Below, piece by piece: positions 62,789-64,000 of a DNA stretch of 64,000 bases. The stretch is from an uncultured bacterium (GTDB lineage: Bacteria; Fidelibacterota; Marinisomatia; Marinisomatales; UBA1611). Under the pieces are notes generated by a model that saw nothing but the letters and a program-made list of their open reading frames with translations, was not told where the DNA came from and did not search any database. The DNA is taken from positions 351,775 through 415,774 of the forward strand of contig CALSPG010000001.1 in NCBI GenBank assembly GCA_943788175.1. Direction: 5' to 3'. Positions within the stretch are counted from its first letter, which is position 1, and the number at the start of each line of letters is the position of its first letter. The translations under genes were made by a program, and so were the position numbers.

Positions 62789-63130
62789 CTACTTAGTAGC
62801 AGCTTTTTTAGAAAAAAGTTTCTTCCACCAACTAGTTGATTTCTTTCCGCCTTTGTTCTTTTCTTTTAAAGAATCTTTTTTATCTTTTGGTTTTTCAATA
62901 TCTTCTCCACCAGTAAGAGATTTCCGTATCTTTTTACTTCTTTTTCCTCTGCGAGAAGCCCTTTTTTTCCTCGGCATTTCTTCAGCGAATGCAAAAACAA
63001 TATTACTTTCAGAAGTATTTTCTACTGGCACTGCAATTTGATCTACTGAACCTATTCCTGCAAAAGCAGAGGTTAGTAACATCAAGGTCGCAAATAAAGT
63101 AACCGACATTCTTTTTAATTGATTTAACAT
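62789..63130 (-). CDS. Small secreted Lys/Arg-rich hypothetical protein
   Basis: AAAGGA RBS, signal peptide ending AFA, own terminator. Confidence 0.7.
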   Translation of the reverse strand: MLNQLKRMSVTLFATLMLLTSAFAGIGSVDQIAVPVENTSESNIVFAFAEEMPRKKRASRRGKRSKKIRKSLTGGEDIEKPKDKKDSLKEKNKGGKKSTSWWKKLFSKKAATK

Positions 63131-63207
63131 AATGATATTCCTTTACACGTTAGTTTAATTCATTTGTACTATAAAATCTAATTAGAGCTTATCAAGAAAT
63201 CAATTCT

Positions 63208-63486
63208 TTAAATACTAACGCTATCAAATTCCTCTTCATCTATTTCATCAATTTGCTTGAAAAAGCTTTTTATATAGTCATCATTAATAATTTTATCTTT
63301 CATTAAATCATATTCATCTTGATCAATTGCACCTTCATCCAGAGCTTTTTTTAAGTCTGACAGCTCTTGGCCTTTCGTAATTGTATTATTGTAATGAAAT
63401 TGGCCTTCTGCTTTATTTAGTGACCCACAGCCACTAAAAAAGAATAATGACAAAATAATAATAACTGATAAGATTGCATTCTTCAT
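63208..63486 (-). CDS. SHOCT-domain lipoprotein
   Basis: Lipobox FSGC; ELSDLKKALDEGAIDQDEYDLMKDKII. Confidence 0.85.
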   Translation of the reverse strand: MKNAILSVIIILSLFFFSGCGSLNKAEGQFHYNNTITKGQELSDLKKALDEGAIDQDEYDLMKDKIINDDYIKSFFKQIDEIDEEEFDSVSI

Positions 63487-63634
63487 AATTTATTTCTTCC
63501 TCAAATGTTACTTACTAAAAAATACTAGCGAAGTTATATAAACATCGATTTAAATTATTCTAATTTTTGATTTTATAAAACTTAACCTGATGCTGAGCTA
63601 TAACCTTTTTAAATAGTATGAGCGTAAAATCAAT

Positions 63635-64000
63635 CTAAAATGTCCATCCTAATGATATTCCGAGCCATGGCGCACTAAACTTACCCAAAGTCAGATAATA
63701 CCCTTTTACGCCAAATAAAAGACCGTCTGTTAGATAATAACGATATCCACTTCCTATATATAAAGTTGACTGATTTTCTTCAACTTTCTCACCATTCATT
63801 TCAAGAGTCCCATCAAGTAATGTCATACCTCCTCCAATCTCAAATCTATACTCACCAGCACCGAATAGATAAGCTGCACCAAGGGGATAAAATTTTATGA
63901 ACTCATTATCAGAATACTTGCTTGCACCTTCTTCTTTTTCAAATCCATATCCTAAGCGGGCAATGATATTGCTCGTGAGCATGCGTTCATAATTCAACGT
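63635..64000 (-). CDS. Outer-membrane beta-barrel-like protein, 3' part (start outside window)
   Basis: Alternating beta strands, GYRYY, terminal PWLGISLGWTF beta-signal. Confidence 0.7.
   Translation of the reverse strand, partial: TLNYERMLTSNIIARLGYGFEKEEGASKYSDNEFIKFYPLGAAYLFGAGEYRFEIGGGMTLLDGTLEMNGEKVEENQSTLYIGSGYRYYLTDGLLFGVKGYYLTLGKFSAPWLGISLGWTF

Noticed and set aside
678-63041. Numerous 60-110 aa ORFs antisense to or nested in long genes (e.g. 3053-3337, 6948-7259, 17016-17345, 51614-51841, 55157-55480)
   Set aside because: They are shadow frames of well-supported genes, with no recognisable motifs.

Overview
AT-rich bacterial chromosomal window, most likely from an FCB-group marine bacterium such as Marinimicrobia/Marinisomatota. 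That assignment is an inference from three proteins with 'NxPNPFNP' T9SS-type C-terminal sorting domains, a PorW/SprE-like TPR lipoprotein and the general gene content. I saw no rRNA, tRNA, CRISPR array, integrase or transposase. About ten genes are broken by small indels, some in homopolymers, which looks like long-read sequencing error rather than real decay. From left to right the window holds: (1) a tightly coupled seven-gene operon with an orphan GlmL/MutL-type ASKHA ATPase, a lipoyl-like/KOW-like partner, a DUF6754 protein and three more membrane proteins, with no B12 mutase in the window - the best candidate for an undescribed system; (2) housekeeping genes (cdsA, DagK-like kinase, rlpA, trmL, divergent pyrD, bolA); (3) a BACON/beta-helix cluster; (4) a PNPOx / CrtC-like / ABC-2 / LolA-like operon; (5) acetoacetate-CoA ligase and a sterol desaturase-family gene; (6) two giant Ig-repeat T9SS cargo proteins sharing a host domain into which different domains are inserted; (7) four paralogous signal-anchored proteins, three with beta-repeat and/or trimeric coiled-coil signatures; (8) a DNA-processing-rich stretch (SplB-like radical SAM, two tandem PD-(D/E)XK nucleases, a small protein with an SSB-type tail, a family-6 UDG, nth); (9) ppc and a disrupted M6 protease. 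All family assignments come from motif recognition by eye; no searches were run.
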